From NCBI GenBank assembly GCA_046583365.1, contig JAYGCL010000077.1, positions 3,179 to 67,178 of the forward strand: a stretch of 64,000 bases of DNA, read 5' to 3'. The DNA is from Deltaproteobacteria bacterium. Lineage in GTDB: Bacteria > Desulfobacterota > Binatia > UBA1149 > CAYXZP01. The notes under the pieces are model-generated. The model was not told the DNA's origin. It made no database searches and was given only the letters and a program-made list of their open reading frames with translations. Within the stretch, counting starts at the first letter, position 1. Each line of letters opens with the position of its first letter. Shown piece after piece: positions 62,879 to 64,000 of this stretch. A program made the position numbers and the translations under genes.

Positions 62879-63316
62879 ATGCTTAATGTAGGAGACACGG
62901 CGCCCGACTTTGAAGTTGCCGCCCACGACGGCAGCACGGTTAAACTATCGGCCCTGCAGGGGAAGAAAGTCATCCTGTGGTTCTACCCCAAGGCCGACAC
63001 CCCCGGTTGAACTGTCCAGGGTAACGGGTTCCGTGACCAAATAGACAAGTTCGAAGAGAAAAATGTCGAAGTGCTGGGAATCAGTTTCGACAGTGTGGAA
63101 GAGAACAAGGCCTTTGCCCAAAAGTTTGACTACCCGTTCCGGCTCTTGAGCGATGGCGACCGCGCCGTCGGCATGGCCTATGGAGCCTGCGACTCAACCG
63201 AGGCAGGCTACGCCAACCGTATAACCTACCTCATTGACGAGAACGGAACGGTGGCCCATGCCATGGCCGAGGTAAATCCCCAGACCCAGAGCGAAGACCT
63301 GCTGGCACTGGTATAG
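62879..63316 (+). CDS. Bcp-type peroxiredoxin with in-frame UGA at the peroxidatic position (probable selenocysteine)
   Basis: ATG 62879 with GGAGGA 8 nt upstream. The translation MLNVGDTAPDFEV...VILWFYPKADTPG-[TGA 63008..63010]-TVQGNGFRDQIDKFEEKNVEVLGISFDS... aligns with E. coli Bcp FYPKAMTPGCTVQACGLRD. The ORF track shows only the part after the TGA (63071..63316). Confidence 0.75.
63020..63038 (+). promoter_or_regulatory. SECIS-like hairpin
   Basis: GGUAACGG-GUU-CCGUGACC is an 8-bp stem with one A-G mismatch. The loop starts 20 nt after the U of the UGA. Confidence 0.45.
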
Positions 63317-63335
63317 ACGGGGCGGGGGCCTCTGC

Positions 63336-64000
63336 TCAGGAGAGCAGACCGTAACCGGTAGCCGCGCGCGTGCTGCCATCGTTCTGCCAGGCCTGGATTA
63401 CAAAGCGGCACATCTGCGAGAGGTGTACCTCGTCGGCGCCGTCCACCAGCCGGGCCGAGCGGGCCTGGCGCATCATGTCGCCAAGCGGCGAGTCGCTGGA
63501 AAACCCGAGCGCCCCGTGGACCTGAATGGCGCGGTCCAGAATACGCCAGAGGGTGTTGGCCACGTGGTACTTGGCCATTGAAATTTCCTGGCGGAAAGGA
63601 AGTTTGTTCTCGAGCAGATAGGCAGCGTGCAACACCATGAGCTTACTCTGGTAAAGCTCCAGGGCCGAGTTTGAGATCATCCACTGTATGCCCTGTTTGT
63701 CGGCCAACACACCACCATGAAGTTCGCGCCCGAGCGCGCGTTCGACCATCATCTCCAACACTTTTTCGGCCTGGCCTATCCAGCGCATGCAGTGGGCCAG
63801 CCTGCCCCCGCCGAGGCGGGCCTGGCCGAGTTTATGGCCGCCCCCTCTCTCGCCGAGGATTGCCGAGTCGGGCACCACGCAGTCCTGGAGACGGATTTCG
63901 CAGTGGTTGTGATGGCCGGCCATGGTTTCTATGTCGCGTACGACCTGCCAACCGGGGTTGTCGGTGTCCACGATAAAGGCGGTGTTGCGGGCCTGGGGAG
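63336..64000 (-). CDS. acyl-CoA dehydrogenase, N-terminus outside the window
   Basis: C-terminal ACAD domain: QGIQWMISNSALELYQSKLMVLHAA...RILDRAIQVHGALGFS. The frame stays open to the window edge. Confidence 0.85.
   Translation of the reverse strand, partial: PQARNTAFIVDTDNPGWQVVRDIETMAGHHNHCEIRLQDCVVPDSAILGERGGGHKLGQARLGGGRLAHCMRWIGQAEKVLEMMVERALGRELHGGVLADKQGIQWMISNSALELYQSKLMVLHAAYLLENKLPFRQEISMAKYHVANTLWRILDRAIQVHGALGFSSDSPLGDMMRQARSARLVDGADEVHLSQMCRFVIQAWQNDGSTRAATGYGLLS

Overview
High-GC (about 63-65% by eye) bacterial chromosome segment of Gram-negative type, almost entirely coding. From 1 to 35.2 kb it is a long, mostly minus-strand housekeeping run: hisD (partial)-murA-prmC-prfA-rpmE, glpK, a divergent pair of ArsA/Get3-like ATPases, a radical-SAM gene plus acpS, and a complete dcw cluster (mraZ-rsmH-ftsL-ftsI-murE-murF-mraY-murD-ftsW-murG-murC-murB-ftsQ-ftsA-ftsZ, with no ddl). 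This run continues through RNase P RNA, a zinc-ribbon gene, tRNA-Met(CAU), rpoD-dnaG and cvpA. From 35 to 64 kb the content is more accessory: a fused M16 peptidase, rsmE, gshB, a transglutaminase-like protein, and tRNA-Phe followed by a 2.7-kb lower-GC sugar-modification islet. That islet is bounded by a 16-bp direct repeat of the tRNA 3' end and has no integrase. Further right are redox and detoxification genes (1-Cys Prx, haloalkane dehalogenase, deazaflavin-dependent reductase, GST), a porin-like gene, an rmuC-MoxR-VWA-SDR-SDR operon and a diiron-PlsC-MMPL lipid-type cluster. The most notable result is two genes that the stop-to-stop ORF track misses. Each carries one in-frame TGA exactly at the redox-active Cys position, followed by a SECIS-like hairpin: an ArsC/Spx-family protein (UxxC) at 50406..50747(-) and a Bcp-type peroxiredoxin at 62879..63316(+). 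Both are probable selenoproteins. An MraZ-box array and rnpB were also found by eye. I saw no CRISPR array, transposase, integrase or recognisable defence system. Taxon cannot be assigned from the sequence alone. All product calls rest on motif recognition in the translations, not on database searches.
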